57,484 bases of DNA from Candidatus Pacearchaeota archaeon (lineage in GTDB: Archaea; Nanobdellota; Nanobdellia; Pacearchaeales; GW2011-AR1): assembly GCA_023139205.1 (NCBI GenBank), contig JAGLOA010000004.1:1-57484 (forward strand), in the 5' to 3' direction. Below the pieces are notes generated by a model. The model ran no database searches and was not told where the DNA came from. It saw only the letters and a list, made by a program, of their open reading frames with translations. The position numbers and the translations under genes are program-made. Below, piece by piece: positions 35,963-46,271 of the stretch; position 1 is the first letter of the stretch, and each line of letters opens with the position of its first letter.

Positions 35963-36552
35963 CTGTATTCATTCTACAAGGGTAAAACTTATAAAAGTTT
36001 CTTATCTCTCAGAGGGATATGGGAATAGTAAAATTATTGACTGGAAAAACATTAAAAAGACATTTTACAGAAGATCCAGGAAATATTAAAGAATTTTTTG
36101 AAATGGTAAAAGAAAAGGGAGAAAAAGATGTAAATGCGAATATAATTGAATATCCAAACCAAACATGGGATATGTTTGATTATAAGATGTGTCCAAGCCA
36201 TCAGAATTGCATAAGGACAAAATATCAATCTTCAACAATCGAATTTATCAAACATGAAAACTACAGCAATCTTGTAGAACCTGTTGAAAATTATAATGGA
36301 ACTAAATATAATATAAAAAGAGGCGATGTTATTAAACATTTTACAATTGAGGAAAAGGATTATTACTCAAAAAAATTTCCAGAACTAAAAATAACACTAC
36401 AAAAAGAGAAGGAAATCCGAGACTCAATTAAAGAACTTACTGAATATTATGAAACTCCCCCAATAAAATTTAAAGGGGTAGAGGATTTCTTTAATTAATT
36501 ATTTATTGATCTTCTAAAAAAGAATCTAGAAATAGAATTAATCAAGGTTTAA
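35911..36552. mobile_element. single-gene insert flanked by recoded copies of the DHH gene 3' end
   Basis: 52-nt copies at 35911-35962 and 36501-36552, 48/52 identical; FINLLKKNLEIELIKV* vs FIDLLKKNLEIELIKV*. Confidence 0.8.
36019..36498 (+). CDS. hypothetical protein (cargo of the DHH-end insert)
   Basis: 159-aa ORF lying exactly between the two DHH-end copies. Confidence 0.65.
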   Translation: MGIVKLLTGKTLKRHFTEDPGNIKEFFEMVKEKGEKDVNANIIEYPNQTWDMFDYKMCPSHQNCIRTKYQSSTIEFIKHENYSNLVEPVENYNGTKYNIKRGDVIKHFTIEEKDYYSKKFPELKITLQKEKEIRDSIKELTEYYETPPIKFKGVEDFFN

Positions 36553-36592
36553 ACACAATAATCCTTAAAAATCATCTTTAATTAAAAAAAGC

Positions 36593-36961
36593 ATGATAAA
36601 TCGTTTAACAATTGATGAATTAGAATTAATCGTAGAGAATGTAGAAAAGTGGAGACTTGGAAAAGATGATTTTTTTCTTGTTGGTTCATTAGAAAATGTA
36701 AAGATAAAAGCAAAACCAAATACAAATTTTACTCCTTCTTATATAAGGATAGAAGCAATATCTACAAAATGGCCTTATGGAAACTTGGCGAGTTATAGTT
36801 CACGATTTGATGATAGAACCCACCAAAAAACAAATGATGAAATAAGAATTGATAGAATTTACTCGAAAATTGAAAAAGCTTACGAAGAACAAAAGAAATT
36901 GGCTATAGAAAACTCTATCTCTAAAACAAGAGATTTAGTGAGAAAACTTCAAGAGAATTAA
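36593..36961 (+). CDS. hypothetical protein
   Basis: 122-aa ORF, no recognised motif. Confidence 0.55.
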   Translation: MINRLTIDELELIVENVEKWRLGKDDFFLVGSLENVKIKAKPNTNFTPSYIRIEAISTKWPYGNLASYSSRFDDRTHQKTNDEIRIDRIYSKIEKAYEEQKKLAIENSISKTRDLVRKLQEN

Positions 36962-37018
36962 TTCTTTTATTAAAGAAGTAATCAATAAATTTAAAACCCC
37001 AAATTATCTCTTCTTTTC

Positions 37019-37726
37019 ATGACAAATTTAGAAGTAGGAAACATTGTTTTATGCACTGTAGATAGAGTAGTTGGAACAATTGTATTTGTAAAAATAGAAG
37101 GAAATGGTGAAGGAAGCATAATTATGAGCGAGGTTGCTCCTGGAAGAATTAGAAATTTAAGAGATTATATTGTTCCAAAGAAAAAAATAGTTTGTAAAAT
37201 TCTAAGAATTTTAGGAGACAGAATAGATTTATCATTAAGAAGAGTTACACTAAAAGAACAAAAAGAGCTAAAAGAACAATATAAACAAGAAAAAGGATAT
37301 GCAAGTATTTTAAAAAGGGTTTTAGAAGATAAAGCAGAAAAAACAATTGAAGAAATAAAAAGCCAAGAGAGATTATACGATTTTATAGAAGAAGCAAAAG
37401 AAAATCCTACAAAATTAGAAAAAATTTTAGGGAAAGAAGATTCTGATAAAGTATTAGAAATTTTAAAAAACCAAAAACAAAAAAAAGTAATTCTAAAAAA
37501 AGAAATATCTCTAACAACAACCAAACCAAATGGATTAAAATTAATAAAAGATCTTTTAAAAGATATAAAAAATATTGAAATAAAATATATTTCTGCAGGA
37601 AAATATTCCTTTAAAAAAGAAGCTTCTGATTTAAAAAAAGCAGACAATGAATTAAAAGAGATTTTCAAAGAAATAGAAAAACAATCAAAAAAACAAGGTG
37701 TTAATTTTAGTGTGATTGAAAAATGA
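37019..37726 (+). CDS. eif2a: translation initiation factor 2 alpha subunit
   Basis: S1 domain with SEVAPGRIRNLRDYIVPKKKIVCKILRI...IDLSLRRV; YISAGKY; followed by nop10. Confidence 0.88.
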   Translation: MTNLEVGNIVLCTVDRVVGTIVFVKIEGNGEGSIIMSEVAPGRIRNLRDYIVPKKKIVCKILRILGDRIDLSLRRVTLKEQKELKEQYKQEKGYASILKRVLEDKAEKTIEEIKSQERLYDFIEEAKENPTKLEKILGKEDSDKVLEILKNQKQKKVILKKEISLTTTKPNGLKLIKDLLKDIKNIEIKYISAGKYSFKKEASDLKKADNELKEIFKEIEKQSKKQGVNFSVIEK

Positions 37727-37845
37727 AATTAAGAAAATGTGCAAAATGCAATAATTACACACTAAAAAATAAATGTCCTAAATGTAATGAAAAAACTTCT
37801 GATGCTCACTACAAATTTTCAAAGATAAAAAACGTTTCTAACTAA
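37723..37845 (+). CDS. nop10: H/ACA RNP protein Nop10
   Basis: Manual translation MKLRKCAKCNNYTLKNKCPKCNEKTSDAHYKFSKIKNVSN*; CxxC..YTLK..CPxC; conserved position after eIF2alpha. Confidence 0.8.
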   Translation: MKLRKCAKCNNYTLKNKCPKCNEKTSDAHYKFSKIKNVSN

Positions 37846-39058
37846 ATAAAGTTGATTGCTGTTCTCCTAATAAAGCTTCTCCATATTCTCCATCATAACC
37901 AGGTTTTACTTTTATTTTTTGTTGCCTGTTTTTTATAATTAAATTTGCTAGTTTATCGTCGACATTTTCGCTTAATAATTCCTCTTTTGAAACATTTAGT
38001 AAAATATTAAATTCATTTTCAAATTCTTTTATCAAATTATTATAAACATCCCAAACTTTTTTACTTTGCATATTAAATCCAAAACATAAAGAAATTATTT
38101 CATGTAAAGGTAAAAGCTTGTGGAAAGGTTTTTCGTTTTTTGCTTTAAATCCAATAGGATTTTCTGCAAGTTGTTCTACCCTGTTATCCACTCCAATTGT
38201 TAAAGGTTTTTTACAAACAGGACAAATCCCATTAAGCTCTTTTGTTTTTTCAGGGCTGCAAGAAAAATTACAATTTCTATGCCCATCCCAATGATACTTT
38301 CCATACGCAGGTTCTGTTTCAATTGTTCCAATAAAATCATTTCCCCTAATTTGTTCTATAATCTCTTTAAATGAATCACATTTCTTAAAAATCGTTGCTT
38401 CTCTTCCTAATCTAAAAGGCCAAAAACTATGTGCATCTGAAAAACTTACAATAGCTTTATTTTCTAACTCCTTTATTCTCCAGTTCATTTCAGGGTCAGA
38501 TGAAATCCCTGTTTCAATTGCATGAACATTTTCAAATTGCTCCTTAAAACATTCCTTTAAACTATCAAAACCAGACATACTCCCAAAAACTCCAAACCAG
38601 GGGGTCCAAATATGCGCAGGGATTATTTCAATCTCAGTTGATATTTTCATCATCTTTCTAACAAACTCGTCTCCAGGAAGCTTAAAAATAGGCCTGCCAT
38701 CATAATCTCGCCTACCTTGAGTATCTAAATAAGAATTAATTTTCTCAGCAATTTCAATACTTGGGACCAATAAAACCAAATGAATTCTTCTGCCTCTTCC
38801 TTGAGTATACATCAAAGAAATCTCCCCAGTAATTATAAAAGGGAAATCATTCAAATAATAAAATCCTTTCCCATTACTCTTAAGCTTTTTTATTTCCTCC
38901 AACCAAACAGGATGAGTAAAATCTCCTGTTCCCAACAAATTAAGACCCTTAATCTTTGCCCACTTAGCTAAGTTTTCAAAATCGATATTTTTACTGCATG
39001 CTCTGGAAAATCGAGAATGTATATGAAAATCCCCAATCATCCAATTTTTTATATCCAT
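37838..39058 (-). CDS. PHP-domain protein with zinc finger (TIGR00375 / endonuclease Q-like)
   Basis: GDFHIHSRFSRACS, GTGDFTHP, PAHIWTPWFG, ETGISSDP, SFSDAHS, GKYHWDGHR.C, CPVCKKPLTIGV, PGYDGEYG. Confidence 0.85.
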   Translation of the reverse strand: MDIKNWMIGDFHIHSRFSRACSKNIDFENLAKWAKIKGLNLLGTGDFTHPVWLEEIKKLKSNGKGFYYLNDFPFIITGEISLMYTQGRGRRIHLVLLVPSIEIAEKINSYLDTQGRRDYDGRPIFKLPGDEFVRKMMKISTEIEIIPAHIWTPWFGVFGSMSGFDSLKECFKEQFENVHAIETGISSDPEMNWRIKELENKAIVSFSDAHSFWPFRLGREATIFKKCDSFKEIIEQIRGNDFIGTIETEPAYGKYHWDGHRNCNFSCSPEKTKELNGICPVCKKPLTIGVDNRVEQLAENPIGFKAKNEKPFHKLLPLHEIISLCFGFNMQSKKVWDVYNNLIKEFENEFNILLNVSKEELLSENVDDKLANLIIKNRQQKIKVKPGYDGEYGEALLGEQQSTLFS

Positions 39059-39090
39059 AAATATTTAGAAACAAATTAAGTTAAATAATT

Positions 39091-40497
39091 TTACTTTTTT
39101 ATTTTCTTAAACAAAAACCATCCTCCAACAATCAAAATCACAATTCCAAGGATAATCCATAACCAAATGAGACTACTTTTTTCTTCGTCAAACTTTCCAA
39201 TATCCTCCTCTTCTTCAACTTCTCCAGTTGTTGCTGAACTTTCTTCCTTATCAGATATCTCTTCATGAATCTTTTGTATAGTTACATTTGCCTTATTACT
39301 TTCAATTGAATTCAAAAGAACATAAACATCATAAAACCCATCATTTGTAACATCTACCTTTGAATCTTCCCCAATACTTAAGATTACTTGAATTGGGTTA
39401 CTTGAAATATTTATCGTTGCTGTTGTTTCTGTCAATTTTATGATTCCAACATGATGATAAGCACTTTCAACCTTAATCTTTACTTGATTATTCATAGCAA
39501 GCTCCTTTGTATAACCTTCTTCAAATTGCTCATCATTTATAACATAAGTTTTTGTCCAATAAGATTTTGTGGAAGATTCTGTTGTACTACTCTTTATATT
39601 CCCCACAGTATAAGAAATTGAAGAACTCCCTGAATTGCCTGCATTATCTGTAACAGTACATGTTGCTGTATAACTACCTGTATCAGATGTTGAAGGACTT
39701 GCAGTATAAGAAGTATTACTAACTCCAGAACCTACATCTGTACCAGAACATGAACATGTAATTGTTTCTGTAGCATAAACAGAAGTAGGAGAACAACTAA
39801 AAGCGACTATTGGTACTGTTGTATCCACCCAAACAACATAATATGAAAGATTAACCCCTACACTATTAACAGTATCATTTGCCCAAACATCAATTGAGTG
39901 ATTCCCATCAGCCAATCCAGTAAGATTTAATTGAGTTGTGTTACACCACCCATTAGAAACCATGACCGTCTCATTTGTTCCATTAACATCAAATATACAA
40001 CCACTATTTTCCACTCCAGAAAGTGCATCACCAACAGAAATATTTACTGTTAAAAGTTCTGTATTTTTCTTGTAGGTTATATTATTATATCCAGAATTTG
40101 TCCAGTTTACTAATGGAGCAGTTGAATCAACATACATAGAAACATTTGTAGTAGAATTTATTGCTATTGCAGTCCCATTTAGAGCTTCAATTGTAAAGGT
40201 ATAATTTGCCTCAGTAGTATTAGACCAAGAATAACCAAAATTACTATTATTCTTTTCTGTTCCACTTACATAATTATCATTCATCCAGATGTAAATTGTA
40301 TAATTTGCTTCAACATCTCCTCCACCTGGGGTCCAGTTAACTGTAAAAACCCCTTCATCATAAAGAGATGTTACATTTTGTTCTATTATTAAATCAGTAG
40401 GTGCTGCAGCAGCAGCCAAAACAAAATAAATTGAAAGGATTACTCCTAGTACAATTATCCCAACAAGAAATAGTCTTAAAAACCTTTTATTCACCAT
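39091..40497 (-). CDS. secreted, C-terminally anchored surface protein with Ig/FN3-like repeats
   Basis: Signal peptide, Asn/Thr-rich beta domains (VDSTAPLV, VDTTVPIV), Ser/Thr linker, C-terminal TM and basic tail. Confidence 0.75.
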   Translation of the reverse strand: MVNKRFLRLFLVGIIVLGVILSIYFVLAAAAAPTDLIIEQNVTSLYDEGVFTVNWTPGGGDVEANYTIYIWMNDNYVSGTEKNNSNFGYSWSNTTEANYTFTIEALNGTAIAINSTTNVSMYVDSTAPLVNWTNSGYNNITYKKNTELLTVNISVGDALSGVENSGCIFDVNGTNETVMVSNGWCNTTQLNLTGLADGNHSIDVWANDTVNSVGVNLSYYVVWVDTTVPIVAFSCSPTSVYATETITCSCSGTDVGSGVSNTSYTASPSTSDTGSYTATCTVTDNAGNSGSSSISYTVGNIKSSTTESSTKSYWTKTYVINDEQFEEGYTKELAMNNQVKIKVESAYHHVGIIKLTETTATINISSNPIQVILSIGEDSKVDVTNDGFYDVYVLLNSIESNKANVTIQKIHEEISDKEESSATTGEVEEEEDIGKFDEEKSSLIWLWIILGIVILIVGGWFLFKKIKK

Positions 40498-40505
40498 TTT
40501 TCACT

Positions 40506-43500
40506 TTATTTCCTCCTCCTAACAAAAATTCCTAAAAAAATAATTCCAGCTAAAACGAAAATTCCAAGAATAATCCATAACCAAATTAAATTGCTTTTTT
40601 CTTGCATTTCTTCACCTTTAGCAATCTTTTCTTTTTCCTCTTCTTCTAAAATTGTTTCTGGTGTTACTTCTTCATAAAGAGACTTAATTGTAAATTCTGC
40701 TTTATTTGATGTAGAATTTATACTATCAAGGGTAACACTTAAATCATAATAATTATCTTCTGAAACTTCAAATCTTCTTGTATCTCCTATACTCAATGTA
40801 GCTATTTGAGGTGTTGAAGAAATATTAATCTTAGCAGTAGTGTTTGTCAATTCAATTAATTGAACATGATGGGTCTTATTTTCTACTTTTAATCTAAACC
40901 GACTATTTACAGGTATTGCTTTTGTATAACCTTCTTCAAATTGCTCATCACTTATAGTAAATGTGGGTATAGAAGATCCACCTCCGGAAGATCCACCTCC
41001 GGAAGAACTATCTGCAGGAGGGGTCGTAGCAGGCACACTTATTGTATAACTAGAAAAGCCTAATGAAGTCGGAATCTTACAATTAGTCTGAGAAGAATCT
41101 CCAGAACAACTTGAATAAGATTTAACATCTGAAGAATTACTTCCATCATCCGCTGCCCATGTTAAAGTATTGCTTGCACTATATGCCACAGGAAAAGACA
41201 ATTCAACAGAATCTCCAGAGCCACCCATTCCCAAATCACTAAGAAGAAAATTCCAGGCCTTTGTTGAAGAATTCATTCCTAAAATTTCATTGTCTGTATC
41301 AGCAATAAAAGCTCCGTCTAAACTTAAAGTCTTTGGTTTATACAAATCAGCCCCGACAAACTTAAAATGCATATCTTCATAACTAACAGTAATATTCATA
41401 TTTTTAGTTTGGGAAGTATTTGTCTTTATACCAATATCATAAGTATTAGTACTTGAATTATCATAATAAGTAAAATTCCCCGCATAAAGAGTACTGCCAT
41501 CTCCTGCAGTAATATTAACAACATAACCATCTGGTAAATCAATTCTAAATATAAAATTCTTATTTTGTTTTCTTGTTGTAAAATTCAAACACTTTGAAAT
41601 TCCGCAGTTTCCAGAAGGGTCGCAAACTTTCACCTTATAATAATAAGCAGTATTATTAATTAAATCAAATCCTAGGGTATCATTATTTAAATTAGCCCGG
41701 TGAAATGGTTTATAATCATCAAAACTAAAACCAATGTCCCCAAGATCATCTATATTTGGGGTTACATTTAAAGCACAAGTTGAACTTGTGTTATAGAACA
41801 TCAGAGAACCATTTGCAGGCTCATCTGTGTCATAAATTATAATTGCAGAGTCAGCCATCTTCTCAACCTTGCTAAACATTACAACAGGCGCTTTATTGTC
41901 ATTTGTATCAATTATAAAATTAAATGCTGTTCCGCTACCAACACATGCAGGACTAAATATACATTTAGGGTCAGCACAATCAGCATATCCATCACTATCA
42001 TCATCTACTCCGTTTTTGCAATCTTCAAACATTTGTGCCCCAAACTTCTGAAAACTCTTACACTTCGGATCTTTAATCATTGGATTAGAACAATCTACAA
42101 AATCAAAATCAATTGTTCCTGGAGTATAATAAGCAGGTCCTACTTCATCTGCACCATCTCCCTCCCCTGTTCCATTAAAACTCACTGCAAAAACCCTCAT
42201 AGGTTCTGTTATATCAAACAAATTAAAATTTTCCAAGGTTTCTTTTTCTATTGAAACAAATGGAGAACCCATATTAGAAGTAAAACAGGTAAACTTTTTA
42301 TCATCTGTAATAAACACATTTGTTGGAGCCCATTGCCATTCATTATTTGAATTTTGAATACACACATATAATTTTTTTGTTGTTTCTATACTTCCAGTAT
42401 CAGTATTATTTCGCACAAGATAATCAATATAAAATTCATAATTAGGATAACCTAAAGAAACTTCATTTGAATCAGTAGCATTACAATGACTCAAAGAACT
42501 TGAATCTCCGTCAGTATCTAAATACCACCTAAATCTTGTTGCATTTATCCCAATTCCAGAAGAAATAGTTTCTTGTCCGGGAATAGAAATAGGATAACCA
42601 TTACAAATAGCAGCATCTGTAATATTATAAACGCCGGTTCCAAATCCATAAGCATTATCTGTAACCCTCATTCCAAAACCCATAATATCTACATAACCAG
42701 AAATACCTGCTTCAGCACCTCCAAGATTATTATCACTATCCATACCAAGCATAACTGGCTCCCCTTGCATTTCACCAACTAAATCATAATTTCCTTTAGG
42801 ATCGCACCAACCATCTGGTTCATCTGCACTAAGATTATTATCCACACTAGTATCATTAAACCAAGTACAAGTATAATTATTCAACAAACAAGCAGTCATA
42901 TTTCCATCATATTGCATACAGCCAGTTACACCTCCACCACCACCTCCCATAATGTCAAAAAATTCAGGCATACACATATCAGTAGTATTTCTCCATTCAC
43001 AAATTCCACTTCTATTATCACTTGTACAAGCAGATTCATTTACATCCTCGCTAAAACAAACAGGTTCACAAATTTGTTCGGACGCAAACCATGTGCAATT
43101 CCCATTTGCCTGACAGCCACTTACATTTCCATCCATTGAAATACAATCTGCAAAAAGATAATAATCACAAAAACCACTAATAGAACCACCAGGATTAGTC
43201 CAATTAACCCAAGAACAATTTCCAGTACAACTTTCCTCAGAGCCAATATTCCAGCAAGAAGCACTATCTATTTTTGAGATATTAACATCACAAAAACCAG
43301 AACCAAAATCCACACTTGACTCATTTGTGCATCCTGGTTGAGCACCACACCCAGTTAAATTTCCATCCCACTGCCAGCAAATTTCTCCAGGCATACCACA
43401 ATGCCCGTTTGGTTCCCAGGTATTATTTATCCAAGTGCAATTAGTATTTCCAAAAGCAATTGCTGCTTCACAAGCTGTTTGATCATCATCATACATAGCA

Positions 43501-45725
43501 CAATCACCAAAACTTGAACCTCCGCAAGCCATATCAAAACTACAATCAGGATCTGCACAATCAATCATCCCATCCTTATCATTATCTGTTCCGTCAAAAC
43601 AAATCTCTCCGTCAAAATTATTCGGCTTGCACAAAATATTAGTTGCATCCCACATACAATCAGTAGAACTTGCAAAACAGGATTGAGAATCATAACAGCT
43701 AAAACAATCTGTATCACAGACTTTTTTGTTTTTAGAAACACAAGAACCAGTTGCTAAAACACTTCCAGTCATATTTGTATCATTTACCCACTTACAACTT
43801 GCAGAACTTGAAAGACAAGAACTATATGCATCCAACATCATTCCACAATCATTACAATTTATCTGGCAGTCTCCTGCACCATAACTCATTTCTTCCGGAT
43901 AATCACACCAACCCAATTTATTAGGAGAATTTGTATCAGTTGTCCATCTACAATATCCTAATGCAGAACCAACACAAGCAGCTTCTGCCAAAGTCCCATT
44001 ATTTTCCCAGGCTCCACCACTTGAATTAAATTCACAAGCCCAACAATCAGAATCACAACTACCTTTATTTGCTGCTGCTGTTCCAGTAGATAAATCAAAT
44101 AATGCTCCTTTCTCACACCATTGATCTTGTTTTAAAATTCCATTATCCAAATAATATTCTTTCATCCATGTTCCTCCAGCAGCAATACAAGAATACTCTG
44201 AATTAATTATTTCATATTCCTGTTCATTACTCCCTGTTCCAGAACCAGAACCAAAAACAGCATTTGAATTAAATGTGCAATTTTTAATAATCGTAGAAGA
44301 ATTATCCCATTTACAAGGCATCATATATTCTTCCCACAAACTCTTACATAAAGTATAATTATTTTTTGCATCAGGATGTTCACAAAACATAACAGGCGGA
44401 ACTGCTTTTTTTTCAGAACTTGTTCCAGCAGCACAATAACTTCCAGTTACATTAACAGAACTATTCCAGACACAATTTGGCAAAGGTCCGTAATTGCAAG
44501 CACTTTTTATTTGAATATCTGAACAAACTAAATTAGCAGTATTATTTGCATTAGTATAAATTTGAGAATCCCAAGAATCATGTCCCTCACAATACCCAAT
44601 TTGTTTATTATAACAAATATTATTATCTGAAGAATTATCTACCCCATAATTTCCTGTCCCTGTAGCACAATAAGCACATCCAGTTATATTCCCACAAACT
44701 AAAGGTTGATTATCTGCAAACCAGCAATGAGCTTCTCCACCAAACATAAATGCTCCTCCACCATCAGTAATAGTTGGCATTTCACAAGCTGTTCCATTCC
44801 ACCAACCACCAGTTCCCATGCAAGAATCAGTATCATCAAAAAACATAAATCCTCCTCCACCCATATCTTGGCAAGTACCACTTTCATTAGTACAAGGCAT
44901 CATCATTTGTGTTTTTAACATATTACAAAGAGTATGATTATCACCTGCTTCATTACACATTTTTGAATAACAACAACCAGCAGGATCAGGACACCAAAGA
45001 TCATCTGTTTTATTTACATAAGTACAAAGTCCTGCAAAAACTCCCTCAGACATACATTGAGATTCATTACCATCATAAGTCCAACAACCTTTTTGTTCAC
45101 AACAACCAATATCATTTATAGTTGCAAAAGAATTCTCAATTAAAGCATCACCCAAGGTTTTTATCCAGCACCATGGATTTTGATTTTGATCATTTGCTTT
45201 CCATTCACAAGTAGCAGTATTCGCACTACTTGCACATTGTCCTCTATCTCCATCATATTGCCAACAACCACTTGCAGCCCCACCAAAATTATCGTCGCCC
45301 ATGGCATTCCAATCTCCATAACAGGTTCCATTCATTTCAAAAGAAGTTCCATTTTGATAATAATTTGTAGCAGGAAAACCATTCCAAGTACAATTTAAAG
45401 TTCCATCATTTGTTTCACAAATATTTTGGCTTGTTGCATCCCACTGCCAACACATTTTTTCTAAACAACAATAACTAGAATAATCAGAACTACACATACA
45501 ATCAAAAGAAACATTATCACTATTATATCCATATATAGTTTCCACACCAGCAACATTATCAGAAGTTACAACACAACCTGCAGCAACACAAGAATCTGGA
45601 GTCCCTCCATTTTGTGCTCCATATTGATAACAATCAATCCATGCAGAAACAAAATTTAAACAAATTAAAATAGAAAATACTAAGAATACTAATAACAAAA
45701 ACAATTTAGATTTTTTCCTCACCAT
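40506..45725 (-). CDS. giant Cys-rich surface protein (1739 aa)
   Basis: Signal peptide, repeated CWQ(W/Y)DG units, CxDGxDNDxDGxxDCADPDC motifs, C-terminal TM; anchor domain shared with 39091-40497. Confidence 0.75.
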   Translation of the reverse strand: MVRKKSKLFLLLVFLVFSILICLNFVSAWIDCYQYGAQNGGTPDSCVAAGCVVTSDNVAGVETIYGYNSDNVSFDCMCSSDYSSYCCLEKMCWQWDATSQNICETNDGTLNCTWNGFPATNYYQNGTSFEMNGTCYGDWNAMGDDNFGGAASGCWQYDGDRGQCASSANTATCEWKANDQNQNPWCWIKTLGDALIENSFATINDIGCCEQKGCWTYDGNESQCMSEGVFAGLCTYVNKTDDLWCPDPAGCCYSKMCNEAGDNHTLCNMLKTQMMMPCTNESGTCQDMGGGGFMFFDDTDSCMGTGGWWNGTACEMPTITDGGGAFMFGGEAHCWFADNQPLVCGNITGCAYCATGTGNYGVDNSSDNNICYNKQIGYCEGHDSWDSQIYTNANNTANLVCSDIQIKSACNYGPLPNCVWNSSVNVTGSYCAAGTSSEKKAVPPVMFCEHPDAKNNYTLCKSLWEEYMMPCKWDNSSTIIKNCTFNSNAVFGSGSGTGSNEQEYEIINSEYSCIAAGGTWMKEYYLDNGILKQDQWCEKGALFDLSTGTAAANKGSCDSDCWACEFNSSGGAWENNGTLAEAACVGSALGYCRWTTDTNSPNKLGWCDYPEEMSYGAGDCQINCNDCGMMLDAYSSCLSSSASCKWVNDTNMTGSVLATGSCVSKNKKVCDTDCFSCYDSQSCFASSTDCMWDATNILCKPNNFDGEICFDGTDNDKDGMIDCADPDCSFDMACGGSSFGDCAMYDDDQTACEAAIAFGNTNCTWINNTWEPNGHCGMPGEICWQWDGNLTGCGAQPGCTNESSVDFGSGFCDVNISKIDSASCWNIGSEESCTGNCSWVNWTNPGGSISGFCDYYLFADCISMDGNVSGCQANGNCTWFASEQICEPVCFSEDVNESACTSDNRSGICEWRNTTDMCMPEFFDIMGGGGGGVTGCMQYDGNMTACLLNNYTCTWFNDTSVDNNLSADEPDGWCDPKGNYDLVGEMQGEPVMLGMDSDNNLGGAEAGISGYVDIMGFGMRVTDNAYGFGTGVYNITDAAICNGYPISIPGQETISSGIGINATRFRWYLDTDGDSSSLSHCNATDSNEVSLGYPNYEFYIDYLVRNNTDTGSIETTKKLYVCIQNSNNEWQWAPTNVFITDDKKFTCFTSNMGSPFVSIEKETLENFNLFDITEPMRVFAVSFNGTGEGDGADEVGPAYYTPGTIDFDFVDCSNPMIKDPKCKSFQKFGAQMFEDCKNGVDDDSDGYADCADPKCIFSPACVGSGTAFNFIIDTNDNKAPVVMFSKVEKMADSAIIIYDTDEPANGSLMFYNTSSTCALNVTPNIDDLGDIGFSFDDYKPFHRANLNNDTLGFDLINNTAYYYKVKVCDPSGNCGISKCLNFTTRKQNKNFIFRIDLPDGYVVNITAGDGSTLYAGNFTYYDNSSTNTYDIGIKTNTSQTKNMNITVSYEDMHFKFVGADLYKPKTLSLDGAFIADTDNEILGMNSSTKAWNFLLSDLGMGGSGDSVELSFPVAYSASNTLTWAADDGSNSSDVKSYSSCSGDSSQTNCKIPTSLGFSSYTISVPATTPPADSSSGGGSSGGGSSIPTFTISDEQFEEGYTKAIPVNSRFRLKVENKTHHVQLIELTNTTAKINISSTPQIATLSIGDTRRFEVSEDNYYDLSVTLDSINSTSNKAEFTIKSLYEEVTPETILEEEEKEKIAKGEEMQEKSNLIWLWIILGIFVLAGIIFLGIFVRRRK

Positions 45726-45814
45726 CTTTTTATTATATATATTACAAGATATGCTTTATAAATGTTTTTTTTTTAATTCAATAAATTTATAAATAAAATT
45801 TACAAAAAGATTTA

Positions 45815-46264
45815 ATGGAAGAAAAAACTTTAGTCTTAATTAAACCAGATGCTATGGTGAAAAAATTAGCAGGAAGTATAATTTCTGATTTATATAATTT
45901 AGATTTAAAGATGATTGGTTTAAAATTAGTAAATGTTCAAAAAGAACTTGCAGAACAACATTATAAAGAACACAAAGAAAAACCATTTTTCTCAAAACTC
46001 GTAGATCATATTACAGGGCAGTTGCATAATCATGAAAATGTTGTAGCAATCGTTTATCAAGGAGAAAATGCAATTCAAAAAATAAGAAATGCTGCAGGAA
46101 AAACTCACCCTGAAGAAGCAGATTCAAAAACACTTAGAGGGAAATATGGAAGGTGGCATAGTAAAACAGATTGTTTTGAAAATGTGATTCATACATCAGA
46201 TTCTCCAGAATCAGCAGAAAAAGAAATAACTCTTTGGTTTAACGACGATGAATTAGTTGAATAA
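45815..46264 (+). CDS. ndk: nucleoside diphosphate kinase
   Basis: EKTLVLIKPDA, G.T.PEEA...TLRG.YG, NVIHTSDSPESAEKEI.LWF. Confidence 0.95.
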   Translation: MEEKTLVLIKPDAMVKKLAGSIISDLYNLDLKMIGLKLVNVQKELAEQHYKEHKEKPFFSKLVDHITGQLHNHENVVAIVYQGENAIQKIRNAAGKTHPEEADSKTLRGKYGRWHSKTDCFENVIHTSDSPESAEKEITLWFNDDELVE

Positions 46265-46271
46265 TTCTAAG

